A stretch of 64,000 nt of DNA. Origin: Lophium mytilinum. Taxonomy: Eukaryota. Of the stretch, positions 1 to 12,105 are shown piece by piece. A program made the translations under genes and the position numbers. Below the pieces are notes generated by a model, which saw only the letters and a program-made list of their open reading frames with translations, had not been told where the DNA came from and ran no database searches. The first letter of the stretch is position 1; each line of letters begins with the position of its first letter. The stretch spans positions 450,391 through 514,390 of the forward strand of contig MU004203.1 of the NCBI GenBank assembly GCA_010093605.1, written 5' to 3'.

Positions 1-119
1 GCGATGAGTATTTCAGAGGGTATGGCAATTCATTCCTGTAATTAGCAGGGCTAATCAGATCCATCATTCTTCCCTTTTCGTGGATTATCCCAATTCTCAA
101 ATGCCTCCGAGAAAAGGAA

Positions 120-1900
120 CCACGAAACGTCCCCTCCGCGTGTTGCCCGCATGGCCTCCTTGTCAACCAAAATCCGTTTCACGCGGTCAGATCCGTAAGA
201 ACTTGCAGCTCAATGACCGAGAGCCTCTACCGTTTCCTTTACCTATGCTTGCCAGTTTAGTAGTACGACCTCCTCGATTCAAAGCTCTGGTTCTCGTCAC
301 TTTCGCTGCAAAAAGCAACACATCACGTCATATCCGCGTGTCCTCCACGCACTGCTTACAGTCTATCAAAATCAGCTCCACACCGTCAAATCCGTAAGAA
401 CTTGTAACGTTAGTAGCCGCTGTCTTCATCGAAGCATCAATAGCCACTGTCTTCATCGAAGCATCTCCCCATGGTCTCTTCACCCTCAGATTATCGGGCT
501 AATCTGAAGGCTCTGAATCTTGCTACCTTTAAAGCAGAATCTACCAAAACAGGTGCACGCAACGTACCCTCCGCGTCTACCAAAATTAATTTAAGCGGTT
601 CGATGCGTAAGAACTTGCAACATAAGTACCCATTTCGTCCTGCGAAGCACCTCTGCTGTTGTTTATGATCCCTTTACCGCAGGCCTAATTTAGTCGCTCT
701 AGATCTAGTTACTTATGGAGTAAGAAGTAACTACAACAAGTACACGCGGTGTACCCTCCACGTCCGCCAAAATCACTTTTATGCGGTTTAATTTGTAATA
801 ACTTGTAACATAAACACCCTATTTATCCTGCGGAGCACCTCCGCTGTTTTCTATAATCCCCTTACCACAGGCCTGATTTAGAGGCTCTGGATCTGCTTAC
901 CTTAGGAGTAAGAACTGATCACAACGGGTACACTCCGCGGCTACCAAACCAGCTCTGCACGGTTCGATATGTGAAATTTTGTGACAAATATAGCCAGTTT
1001 ATCTATCGAAACACCCTAACTACCTTTCGCATTTCTAAAAACATTAAGCTAACTCAGACCCTCTAGATTTAGTTATCTTAGTAATAAAAAGGAACTACGC
1101 CTTACAAACGCGGTGGGGCCTCCGTGTCTACCAAAAACTTGATTCAAGCGGTTAGATTAGTAAGAACTTACAACTAAGCCGTAGAACTTACGAGTAGAGG
1201 AGCTTCGCCTATAATTTAGTATCTTGATAGCGTAGAGCTGGTATAGGACGGCTGGTTATAGGTTGGAAAGTGACTACAACAGGTGTACGCCGCGTACCCT
1301 CCGCGTCTATTAAAATCAGCCCCTTACGGTTTAATCTAACTCTTAAAGATAAAAGCAACCTAAACTCTTAATAGAGGTGCGCTAACTGTGTGTTGGAAGC
1401 CTAGTACTAAGGAAGTAACTCTTAATGGTTGATAATGGAGTAAGAAGCGACCACAAAGCGGTCATAAAGCGTAGCCTCCACGTCCATGTAACGTCTACTA
1501 AAAACCCTTTCGCACGGTTCAATATGTAGATCTTTGTAACAAAAGTAAGTAAGTCTTGGATTAAAGTGCCTCGGCATACTTTCTCTAATCTCTTGTCATC
1601 GGCCTGATTCTAGAGGGTTAGTTGAAGGATGGAAAACGACTATAACGGGAGCACGAAACGTGGCCCTCTGCGTCTATGAAAATCATGTGACACGGTTCGA
1701 TATGTAGATTCTTGTAACATTACTAGACAATCGCTCCACCGAGGCAATTTTGCTCGGTTTCTTAGTCCTTATATCGCCGAGCTGATTCCGGGTGGGTAGT
1801 TAAAGGATGGGAAACAACTACAGCGGATGCACAAAGCGTGGCCTCCGCGTGCACGCCGCGTCTACGTAAATTGATTCTATGCGGTTGAATTACTTGTAAT
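120..1900. repeat. Degenerate tandem array, ~10 units of mostly ~177-190 bp
   Basis: Core CCTCCGCGTCTACCAAAATC...CGGTT...GTAAGAACTTGTAAC recurs in diverged form near 133/154, 342, 568, 755, 933, 1119, 1298, 1475, 1665 and 1842. No long ORF; TpA-rich by eye. Confidence 0.85.
414..465. repeat. 27-bp-period direct duplication inside the array
   Basis: TAGCC(G/A)CTGTCTTCATCGAAGCATC at 414 and 441. Confidence 0.9.
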
Positions 1901-2129
1901 AAAAGCGGGCAATTGATGAGTAGGGGGGGGTTCGGAGGTAGTCGTTGGCTCTATTATTGTGGAGCTAATTTGGACGCCGTTTTTAACCTGCACAGCCGCA
2001 AGTCTCTGAATCAGGTCGGAGGTTTGATAACAAGATGATGATGATGAGAATGATGCCCGCGGGGCTTTAGCACACAACCTCTACGGTATTCCATCCCAAT
2101 TTCCTAACGGCTATCTTGCAACGCTGCCC

Positions 2130-4119
2130 CTACTGCGGCACCGCCGCCCCATCGCCCCTGGGATCACTTCCTGCACTCCACACCCTCACCCCGTCCTCCA
2201 TATGTAACCTGATGATCTGCCCTCTCCCAAACAACCCCCTCTGATACCCCTTGACCACCTTAACATCATGCCCGAGCGCCCTCAACTCCTCCACCACGCT
2301 CTCCTTGATCCCCTCTTCAAGATACACACTCCGATCCGTCATCTTCCCATCCCGATCCGGCATTCCCGCCCCTATACAGACACGTGGCGCATCCAAGGCC
2401 GCCTGCGGGTGCAGCTTAAACACTAGCTGGTTCAGCAGCACCTGCACGTGGCCCTGTGGCTGCATGAAGCCGCCCATAACGCCGTAGACGGAGTGGAGGC
2501 TCTGATCCTTCGCATTGGTGATGAGGGCGGGAATGATGGTGTGGTAAGGCCGCTTTCGAGGTTCTAGCACGTTAGGATGGCCGGCTGATAGGGAGAAGCC
2601 AGCGCCGCGGTTCTGCAGCGTAAATCCGCAGCCTTTGGGCACGATGGCGGTGCCGAAGCCGCCGAAGTTGCTGTTGATGAAGGAGATGGCGTTGCCCTCT
2701 GAATCCGAGGCGCAGAAGTAGACAGTATCAGAGTGGGAGTGGGCAGGGGAGCCGTGGGAGGGGATTGGAGAGGCCTTAGAAGGATCGAAGAGTTTGGCAC
2801 GCTCGGCGAGGTAGGGTTGGGAGATGAGCTCTGCGGAGGGCACTTTGGAGACGTTGGGGTCGGCGACCCACCAGTTTGCGTCGGCGAAGGCGATGCGGAG
2901 GGTTTCGATCACGGCATGGAGATGGCTAGGGTGGTGTTAGTGGATGGTAGGCATGGGGTTAGGGGGACAAACGCTGCGGAGTTGTGTTCTTTCTCGCTCC
3001 ATTTGGTTATCTTGCCGGTTTTCTCAAGGTCTTGGAGCATGCCGAGTGCCATCAGGGCGACGATACCTTGGCCGTTGGGTGGGTGTTCCCATACTTCTAC
3101 GCCTTCTCCTTCATGGTCGTCACCGATGCCTTGACCCGCGAATTTGAGGGATATGGCGTCGACTTCTTCGGTACCGAAATCTCCGTGGTGCTTCAAATCT
3201 TCTAGTTTGAGATGACCGCCTAGATCCGAGACGACCTTAATCAATGCTTCAGCTACTTCGCCCTCGTAGAAACCTTTCTTCCCATGTTTGGCTAGCAGGT
3301 GGTAGGTGTTTGCTAAAGTAGGGTTCTTCATTATCTCTCCTGGACCCGGTGCTCTGCATCCTCCCGGAGATTTGGGATCTTTCTTTAGCATTTCATGTCC
3401 ATTAGTAGACGCTGTTCGAATACCTTCTTCGTAAGCAACCCACTAAATTCCCTCTAGTTAGTCTTGGGCTGTTCGACAGAGCTTTCAAGTCAAGTTGCTT
3501 ACGAAAGTTGAAGAAAGCTCGGATACGGGAAACCCCTTTTCACCAAGCTCGATAGCTGGAGCCAAAATCTCTTCCAAGGTCACCTTTCCACTACCAAATT
3601 TCTCCACGCAGTCAACCCAGCCTGCAGCAGCGCCTGGGACTGTAGCTGCGTGAACGCTGTCCATTGGAATCCGGCCAGACTCCCCTTCAGCTATTCCCAG
3701 ATCTTTTCTGATAGTCGCTAGCGTGACTTGCGAGCCTGACCTGCCTGAGCCGTTCAAGGCGTGGACTTTCTTCGTCTTCGCGTTGTAGAAGAGGCAGAAC
3801 ATATCACCGCCTATTCCAGTTGAGCCAGGCTCGGTCATGTTGAGTCCGGCTGCAACAGCTACCGCCGCATCCTGATTGGAGTGTCAATTGGGGGAGACGG
3901 TATATCGCACGCAATGGTCAACGTCATGTGTTTTACAATGAAGAGGAGTCATACCGCAGCATTCCCTCCTTGTCTGAGAATTTCGAGGCCGGCTTGAGTC
4001 GCTAATGGTTGAGTGGACGAGACAATGCCCTTCGTACTGTGGACAACGCTCCTCCGACTGGGGAAGGTCACGAATTGAGGATCCGAAGAGGGATAGATGT
4101 ATGCAGAATTGGGACCCAT
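2130..4119 (-). CDS. Gamma-glutamyltranspeptidase / glutathione hydrolase (Ntn-hydrolase, YwrD-like), 4 exons
   Basis: Spliced product MGPNSAY...[28 protein letters not shown]. Autocleavage Thr in [10 protein letters not shown]; also [26 protein letters not shown] and GSDPRGDG. Introns about 3872-3954, 3443-3502 and ~2927-2972. Confidence 0.95.
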
Positions 4120-4851
4120 CTTGGCGTTGGATGAAAGGTATCAGAGAGAGCTTGAAGGTTCAAAACAGAGGACCAGTGGCTTGAAGTAGCTATGGCTTGA
4201 AGATGGTAGGAAAGTAACAAGGTGAGAGAAGCTGGCAATGCAAGATGAGCGATCTGCGTAACCTACAAACAACACAGCACTCTACACGTGTCAGTGGCGT
4301 TCCGTTGAAGAGAGACGAGCGGAAATAATAGCTTCTCCCCGCGAGTTTCTATTATCAATGGTGGGGTATGCGAGTATCGGCGCCCGCAGCAATACATGAC
4401 GACTGAAACTCTTTCGGCACGTAATCCGAGGAGAGATGCCGTACCGTGCCGCGGGGGCCTACCTATACTCAACTCGGAGTGCCCCTGCCCGTCAGTTTAG
4501 TCACGAAGATTATTTTATTGCAGGTGTTGTTATTGGGCGTCGAAGAGGATGTCGAAGCAACAACACGGGTGTGGCTGGCATTCCCCAGCCACAACACACT
4601 CAGCAAACTCCGTCATCCAAGGCTCCCAGGGCCCCTCATCTCGCTCTTTCCTCAGCTATTCCTAGATACAACGCGCAGCCCTATACGTACCCCTTCGTCG
4701 CAGACGCCACTGCCGTCGCAATCCTACCTACCTACACCACCCTACATACACCACACATAGTCTATCCCTTTGGTAACGATCGCTTTCGTCCCTACAACCT
4801 GCGATTCACTACATCCTCGCTACCCGGTAGCCTTGCTGTCCGCTCATCACC

Positions 4852-6937
4852 ATGGCGTCGGTATCCTCCCTAGATCAGGACATGCGCAGACTGCGCATGT
4901 CGCGTTACACTCCCCAAGCTGCCAATGAAGTCCGGACGTGGATTGAGGACATACTCGGGGAAAGACTGCCTACCGGAGATCTACTAGAGGCACTCAAAGA
5001 TGGTACAGCATTATGCAAGTATGTACATGCAGGAAGCCCTTCTGCAATGGATTTTTCTAATCTAGTCGTCCAGACTCGTCAATCTCGCCGTTCCATCCCC
5101 CGGCATCAGGTTCAAGAAGTCGGCCATGCCATTCATACAGATGGAAAACATTTCCCACTTCCTCCGCGCCTGCGAACTCCCCCCGCTTAACATGCCCTCT
5201 CACGATCGCTTCCTTACGGTTGACTTATTCGAATCGAAAGATCCGGCGCAGGTGCTGCAATGCCTGGGCGCTTTCAGCCGTGTAGCCAACTCCATAAATC
5301 CCTCAAAGTTCCCTTCTGCAATAGGTCCCAAGCGCACAAATCAGATGAGCCCGACTGCGACTGGGGGTAGTAATACCGGCGGCTTCAACTCGAGCGCTTA
5401 TGGAAGAGGCAGAGGGGCTAGCAATACAAGTACGACTAGCGGCTCGACCACCTTCAATCCTATTTCCCGCCAAGCTCCGCCGCCGTTAGCGGATCGAGCA
5501 CTCAGTCCTGCACTTACAGGCGGCTCAGCCTCATCAAGAGCCACGGATGGCGCGACGAAGTCTCCTCAGGGCCCGATGAGCAGCTGGAGTAAGAAGACAG
5601 ACGAGGGTGTCACTGCACCGGCGTGGAACATTCATCAGTATGGATACATGGGAGGCGCAAGTCAAGGCAACCAAGGGATCTCGTTTGGTGGACGGAGGCA
5701 AATAACTACAGCTGGACCAACTGTTCCTAGTTTGGCAGAAAAAGAGCGAAAGAGGCGGTTACAGGCCGCTGAAGACGAGCGGTCGCAGGAACTGGCTGAA
5801 GAGGCAGAGAACAAACGCCGTGTCGAACGCGCAGCTGAAGAAGAGCGTGCTCGCAGAGACGAGGAGCAACGATGGGAAGAAGAGTCAAGACGACAGCGAG
5901 AAGAGGAAAAACGCCTCGTCGAAGCTCAGAAGCGCGAATGGGAAGACCAAGAGCGCCGGTGGAAGCAGGATGAGGAACAGAGAGTCCAAGAAGAAAAGGA
6001 AGCTGAAGACCGCGTAGCTAAAGAGACTCAACGCAAACGCGCTCTCAGTGACGCAAGACTGAAAGGCGCCTTCACCAATCAATTCGGTGCAGACCCATCC
6101 GGCAAGCCAAAGAGTCGACGCAACAGCCACGCCGACCGCGAACGCGACCGCATCCAAGACCTCGAGCGCCAGCTCGAAGAAGCCAAAGAACGCGAGCGCC
6201 AATACCAGCTCGAACGCGAAGAACGGCACCGCGACGAGGCACCTAGCAAAGCCCGCGCACGATCACGCAGCAAGAGCAAATCTCGCCAACCATCAGCACC
6301 AACTCCACAACCACCCGGTGCCTTCGGCGACGGCGCCAGCGAAGTCTCCTGGGCCGGCGACGAACGCGAGTACCTCCGCCAACAATGGAGCGAGCACAAG
6401 GCCCCGCGTCCTCTACCCGAACCCGTTTCCGCAGCTCCCCCGTCTCTGCCAACTCGTCCCCTTCCAGAGCCGTCATCTCGCCCACTCCCCGACCCGTCTA
6501 ACTACACATCACCCAAGCCAACGCCAGCATCTCGAACAGACCGCTTCCTGGCCTCCAACCCCCCTCCCCTCGCCGCAAAACCTGCTTCCCACTTCCCCTC
6601 CGAAATGGGCCTCACATCCACCTCTGAGCGCGCCGCCGAAGACGCTCGTCGCGCAGCATCCCAAACCAAGACCAAAGCCGGAGGGTGGGCGTCGAAATCG
6701 CTCCTCGAACGCGAAATGGAGCGGGAGCGCGAGCGGCAAAAGGAGTGGGAAGAGCAGCAACGTGCCGCAGCAGCTGCACCTCGGGACGCAACTCAAGGCA
6801 CGGGAGAGGGGCAGAGCTGGGACGTCAACCAGTATGGGTACATGGGCGGGGATTCGCAGAATAGGGGCGGTGAGGGCATTGGGTTTGGCGGGCGGCGGCA
6901 GATTATTGGGCCGAGGCCGTTGGGGGGGAAGCATTGA
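4852..6937 (+). CDS. Calponin-homology (Scp1/transgelin-like) protein with coiled-coil, proline-rich region and two calponin-like repeats, 2 exons
   Basis: CH domain EVRTWIE...LKDGTALCK|LVN...MENISHFLRAC, intron 5019-5073. Repeats QYGYMGGASQGNQGISFGGRRQI and QYGYMGGDSQNRGGEGIGFGGRRQI. Confidence 0.88.
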
Positions 6938-8063
6938 TTATTCGCGGGGTGTGTTTTGCTGTTGTTTGAGGAGTTGGTACGGTTTTATTGTGGAGGTGTG
7001 GAGTGCTGCGTTTGGATGGAATAGGGAAGGGCAGCGGGTAGAGCTGGGTAGATACCTGTGGTGCGTGGCTCCGTACCCTTTTTTCTTCAGCAATGGAATT
7101 GAGGCTATCTTATCTTATCAAATGCTATTCGGCTTTGGTGATGTGTCTTTCATGACTGGTGAGCGCTTGAGATTGGAAAATGAAATTGGCATGCGGGACC
7201 CTTCATCGCGTGCGTGCCCCCTTTCAAAACTTCTTCTGCTGCGTGTATCTTTTTGTCTTACGGACCTGGCTAATTTTCACACACGAACACCAAGACGTGA
7301 GTTTTTCTCTTTCTGCATACTGAGGTCTCACGACGTAAGGAGCACGTGGTCATACTCCCCTTGCGCTCAGCTGGTAGCTAGGGTGGAAGAATGGACGGAA
7401 GTGCTGAGGTGGAGGGGAAACAGGGGGGGGGGGCACTCGTGACAGGAAAAACAGCTATCAGTTTCGAGGTCGATGGCGTTGATTAGAACTAAAGAACTAA
7501 TTGTATACTACTACCTTCCCCGGCGGTCCAATGCAGAAGAGGATAGAATACCGAAATGCCGGAAGTTCGCACACTTTTGCTTCTGCACCGGAGATTTTTT
7601 ATGTACTCAAATATTCTAGATGCGGCAAGCTACTGGTTTAGGTGATGTGGGAACTTAGAAGTACGGGTGGGGAAGGGAGAGGGGGGGGGGGAGTAAAGAG
7701 AACCATGGGTGGGATGTTGGGGTCTAGGTGTACTATGCACTCTGCGGTTTCCACCTTTTTTCGGGTCTGGGTAAGGTGAAGCTAGAAGAGGGCAGAGCGG
7801 AACTAAAGTAGCAAGTTTGGTAGAAGGAATGATATAGAGAGGTGGTGATGAAAGAGTGGATTGTGAATTCGTTCATCTTCAAAGTTTCTGGAACATCAGA
7901 CCATTAGGGGTTGGGAGCTTTACTCCTCTCTATCTTCACCATCTTCAACATCTCGACCCCGTGACTTGCTTTGATAGGTCATCTTTGCACTTGAAAACGC
8001 TGACTAAAGAGGTAAAGAGGGGAGAGAACGAAAGGGAGTAGGGAGCCAAGGGGAGGTAGTTGA

Positions 8064-8380
8064 GGTACATGTGGCCTCATCGGCTCTATGCTCTACACTT
8101 CTTCTTCCAGCGCGAATCGTACCGAAGAAGAACTGTGGAGATATATATATCTTGGTAGACATACGTGGTTTCATGCACTCTGTGCTCTACACCTCTTTTT
8201 CCAGCGCGGATTGTATCTAAAGAAGCCATGTGGGGATCTATATATGTTGGTAAACATACGTGGTTTCATGCACTCTGTACTCTACACCTCTTCTTCCAGC
8301 GCGAAACGTACCCGAAGAAGCAATGTGGAGATCTACATATGTTGGTAGACATACGTGGTTTCATTCACTCTGTGCTCAAC
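8064..8380. repeat. 95-bp tandem repeat, ~3.3 copies, non-coding
   Basis: ACATACGTGGTTTCAT at 8159, 8254 and 8349; CTCTACAC..CTT.TTCCAGCGCG repeats with about the same period. Confidence 0.92.
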
Positions 8381-9054
8381 GCTTGTTCAAAGATCGCGTA
8401 GAAGTATGGGTGGGTACGTAAGGAACCAAATATCGAGGACGGTGTGAACCAAGGTAGGAGTTGAGGCAAAGGTGTCCTGTGCACTCTGCGCTCAATGGTT
8501 TGCGATTCCAAGGTATGGTTAGTGATTTGAGGGTATCGGTGTACTTTCTAGTGTTGCTCTAATATGAAAGACTGGAAAGACAAGATGGACACACGCATTA
8601 ATAATGTGGGCGGGTCTTAGAAACAGATTCGGGTAGCAGTCATTAGCGCGAACGTACAGGAACTGAATAACGATGGAAGTATCGCAGTAGAAAGCGGTAA
8701 CAATTATGTGTGGATAGTACCCTTGCAACTGCCTATTCATCTCAACTAACTTCACAAGATTCTACATCTACGTTAGACTTAAGCTGCCCACACGTAGAGT
8801 ATTACAACTGACCTGTGAGAATTCTTTGTGGTGTTATCCCCCAAAAGACTTGTCAACAGACACTTCACATACTCGTATGGCATGCAGCACCGTATAACGA
8901 AGTCGAAACCAAAGCTTTCTTGTTGTTGCAATACATATACAGCAAACTAGCCCGTCCCCGCTCTCCTATCCCGGCGAGCGCAAGATATATAACCCCCAGT
9001 GACCGTACCGCCCACAGGATATCAATAACAGCATCCAAACATCGAACCACCTCC

Positions 9055-12000
9055 TTATGCCTGGAAAACATCCGTAACATCAGTAAACTCCCTCCGCGCT
9101 CGCTCTTCCCAATACCCCTCCTTCCCGCTCTTAAGCCGCCACACATCCTCCCCAACCTCCGTGCCCTCAATTGACGCGAACCACCGCGGCGTCCACGCCT
9201 CCCTATGCTCTTCCATGACCCGCCTCCGCGCGCGCTGCCGCTCTTCCAACCGCGCTTTCAACGCTTCGGCGCGGTCGAGGTCTCCCTCTTCCGCCGCGCG
9301 CTGGTCAGGCCGCAGCCGGCTGTCGGTAACAGGGAGCTTGCCCTTCTCGATCTCCGTGACCTGATTGAGCGAGGCCGCGAAGGTCGTGAAGCCGTAGTGT
9401 TGGGTCGGGTTCTCGACCAGCGAGCCGACGCTCCAGAGGGTGCGGCCAGTGCCCTGCCCATTGTTGGTAAGATTGAGCTCCGTCGTCCACTTGCCGGTAA
9501 GGCCAAGCGGGAGGAGCGCGCCCGACGCGTCGAAGACCTGCACCGTGACCTCCTCGCTGCGGCCGGCAAACATGCCGCCAGCCTTAAACGTGCAGACAGC
9601 CTTGGCTCCCGAATCCTCGTTCTCTATAGTCATGGTACCGACGGGTTCGACGTATTTCTCGCCGGCGATGACGTTGCGGAGGAAGCTAGTTGCCTGCGTC
9701 CAGCTGTAGTGCTCGTTTGAGTTGTGGAAGAACACGCGCGCGCACCCGTCTGTGTTCAGCTCGGCGGACTTACCCCAGAACTTCTGCACGGGCATTGGGG
9801 ACTGGAGGAACGTCCAGTTGGCGGACTCAGCTTGGCATGCCATGCGAACGGGCCGATGGGAGATCTTCTCGGCGATGAATCGGTAGCCTTTATCTTCGCG
9901 GACGAGTTCAAATGTCTCGCCAAGCATGGGGTTAAATGGTTTCCGGATGGCGCGGTCTTTTACGCGAGCGTTGGAGAAGGTGGATATGGCGAATGCGGCA
10001 ACGTGAGCGAGGCGCTCGCCTGTATCAGAGGGAGCACCAGATGCTGCGTCGAGGAGCTCGGTGTATTCCATTTGTTCTGCAATGCGTTGTAGGAGGGAGG
10101 TTGGTTCGTTGGCCGAGACTGGCATGGCAATTGTGGAAAGGTCTTTGCCGACGTTCTTTCGCAAGAAGCTGATTAAGCTTGGAGGATTGGTCTTAGGCGG
10201 CGGGACAGTGTTGCGGCGACGAACAGGATCGATCGGAAGAGGAGAAAGAGATTTTGGTTTCCCAGGGAAGATGGAGGGTTGCCCTTCACGGAAAGTTGCT
10301 CTTCGTTCGAACGAGCCTGGACCTTCTTCTTCACTACTCGACTCGGATCCAGCGTCAGAAGCAGCTTCGCGTTCTGATTTCTCGCCACTATCTCGTCGGA
10401 TTGTGAGAAGTCCTGAACGGGTTGTCTCCCCATCATGTGCATCAAAGAACTCTTCTGAAGATTGGGAGTCGATGCTGTTGCGCGCTGGAGCAGATAGAGG
10501 AGCAGGAGTCCGTCTGGCTCGACTCTCGCTCAACAATGTAGAGAATTCTAGGACTACACTGTCAAGGTCGCGTAACAAGGCCATGCAATTATCGTGCACG
10601 CCTTCCTCAGGCGGAGGGTGGCTCGTCGCGCGGCTCTGCCTCTTCGGCACTGCCAAGCTCCCATTTGGTACTGGCGAACCAGGAGGTAGAGTTGAAGGAG
10701 ACGCTACTGCAAGCTGGGCTGAAACACTTCTCCGGAAGACACTTGAAGGGCTAGTGCTAGCTCCGGAACTACTAGCTTTCCGTTTCCAAAATGGCATCTT
10801 CTCACTAGTGGACGTACTGGGGAAGTAGTCTGTTGGCTCACCTTCTGTCGGGCTGGGAGAGAGGCTTTCGGACGCTTTTGCAATACCAAGTCCAGTTGGT
10901 GCCGACGAGTACTTTGGATCTGTATCCTGTGCTAACCGTCTGACGGCATCTCTCGTTCCTGCGACTCGTCCTACCAATGCCTCTACTCTTGCCCATTCCC
11001 GTTCCTCAGCTTGATTGACCATCTGAGGACCGTTCGGCCAAGTGGGATTTTGAATAGTGATAGTGGGAGAAGACATGCCTCCGGCGGTCGCTGCGGCTCG
11101 TTCCAGAGCATTTTGCCATGCTTCAAAGTCTTTCTTGTTGTTAGCACGCAAGTGCCAGACTTCGGCTCCCGAATCTACGGATATTTCTCTCGTCTTCTCA
11201 TTGGCCCCAATTGCTGCCAACGACAAAGGAATGGCGCCACGTAGTGCAGAGGAGTGGTTGTTTCGATAATAAGAGAGGGTGGATGAGGTAAAATCCAGGG
11301 AGAAGAATCTTCGGGCATAGCCTTGGTTCCTCTTTCTCCTCTTCTTCTGAAGAATCCCAGTGTAAAAGGTGCCATCGTTGAAATTATTCGAGTCTCCTGT
11401 ATGGGACGATTTTGGTCTGAATTCGACATTGATTTTCTTCCCCGCAGAAGGATCTTGTGGTAACGAATCAGTGGAGTCGCTGACGGCAAGAAGCCTCGGA
11501 CTCGACTTCGTTGGGAGGCTTGAACTACTGGTTCCGGCAACATAGTTCTGGGCGTAGTGCATATGATGGCCGGATTTCGGGGGCGCGTTTGTTGGGTGGG
11601 TAATGAGAACAAATGTCGCCGTTTTCGAGACTGTCTTGGAGAAGGTATTGTCGAATACTAGGCCATACATGCCACCTTCGCCTTCAGGTACATCGTATTT
11701 GCCCATGGACACCTTGTCCGCCTCGCATTTCCCCGCCCATGCTACTTGTTTGTACCCAAGGCCTTGTAGCTTTTCCACGACCCATGATTTATCGTTCCGC
11801 GTTAGCGCATTGGAGAGACCCCGAGGGCGCGTTTGGTGAGTTGGGACCTCGAGGGCGGGAGTGGCTGGGCCATCGAATAGGGCGGAGGCGGGAAGGCCGG
11901 TGCCGTCGTTGTTGGTGCCTGGATGCTTGAAAATGCCAAAGTTGAGAGACTTCTTATGCGGCTGTATGCTCCAGGAGATGGTATGGCCAGCCGACACGTT

Positions 12001-12105
12001 CACCCAGCGAACAAGATACGACTGCGAGCGAGGTCAGTACTGCTATAATGTTGCGCAGATGCTGCCTACCTTGCTGTGAACCTCGACCTGCTCCAATCCC
12101 GCCAT
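9055..12105 (-). CDS. OSH3: Oxysterol-binding protein homolog with GOLD, PH and ORD domains, 2 exons
   Basis: Exon 1 MAGLEQVEVHSK (12070-12105). GOLD-like LVFDNTFSKTVSK; PH LQKKRRKRNQGYARRFFSL; ORD NEPTSLLQR, KPFNPMLGETFE, EKISHRP and DSRLRPDQR. Confidence 0.93.

Noticed and set aside
120..1900. CRISPR-like reading of the conserved-core array
   Set aside because: The context is eukaryotic, cores are degenerate, linkers are ~130 bp and similar to each other, and there are no cas genes.
7360..7385. GCTCAGCTGGTAG resembling a tRNA D-arm/A-box
   Set aside because: No T-loop GTTCRA at the right distance and no acceptor stem.
6087..7442. 451-aa alternate-frame ORF
   Set aside because: It is a shadow of the GC-rich CH-protein coding region that runs on into the UTR.
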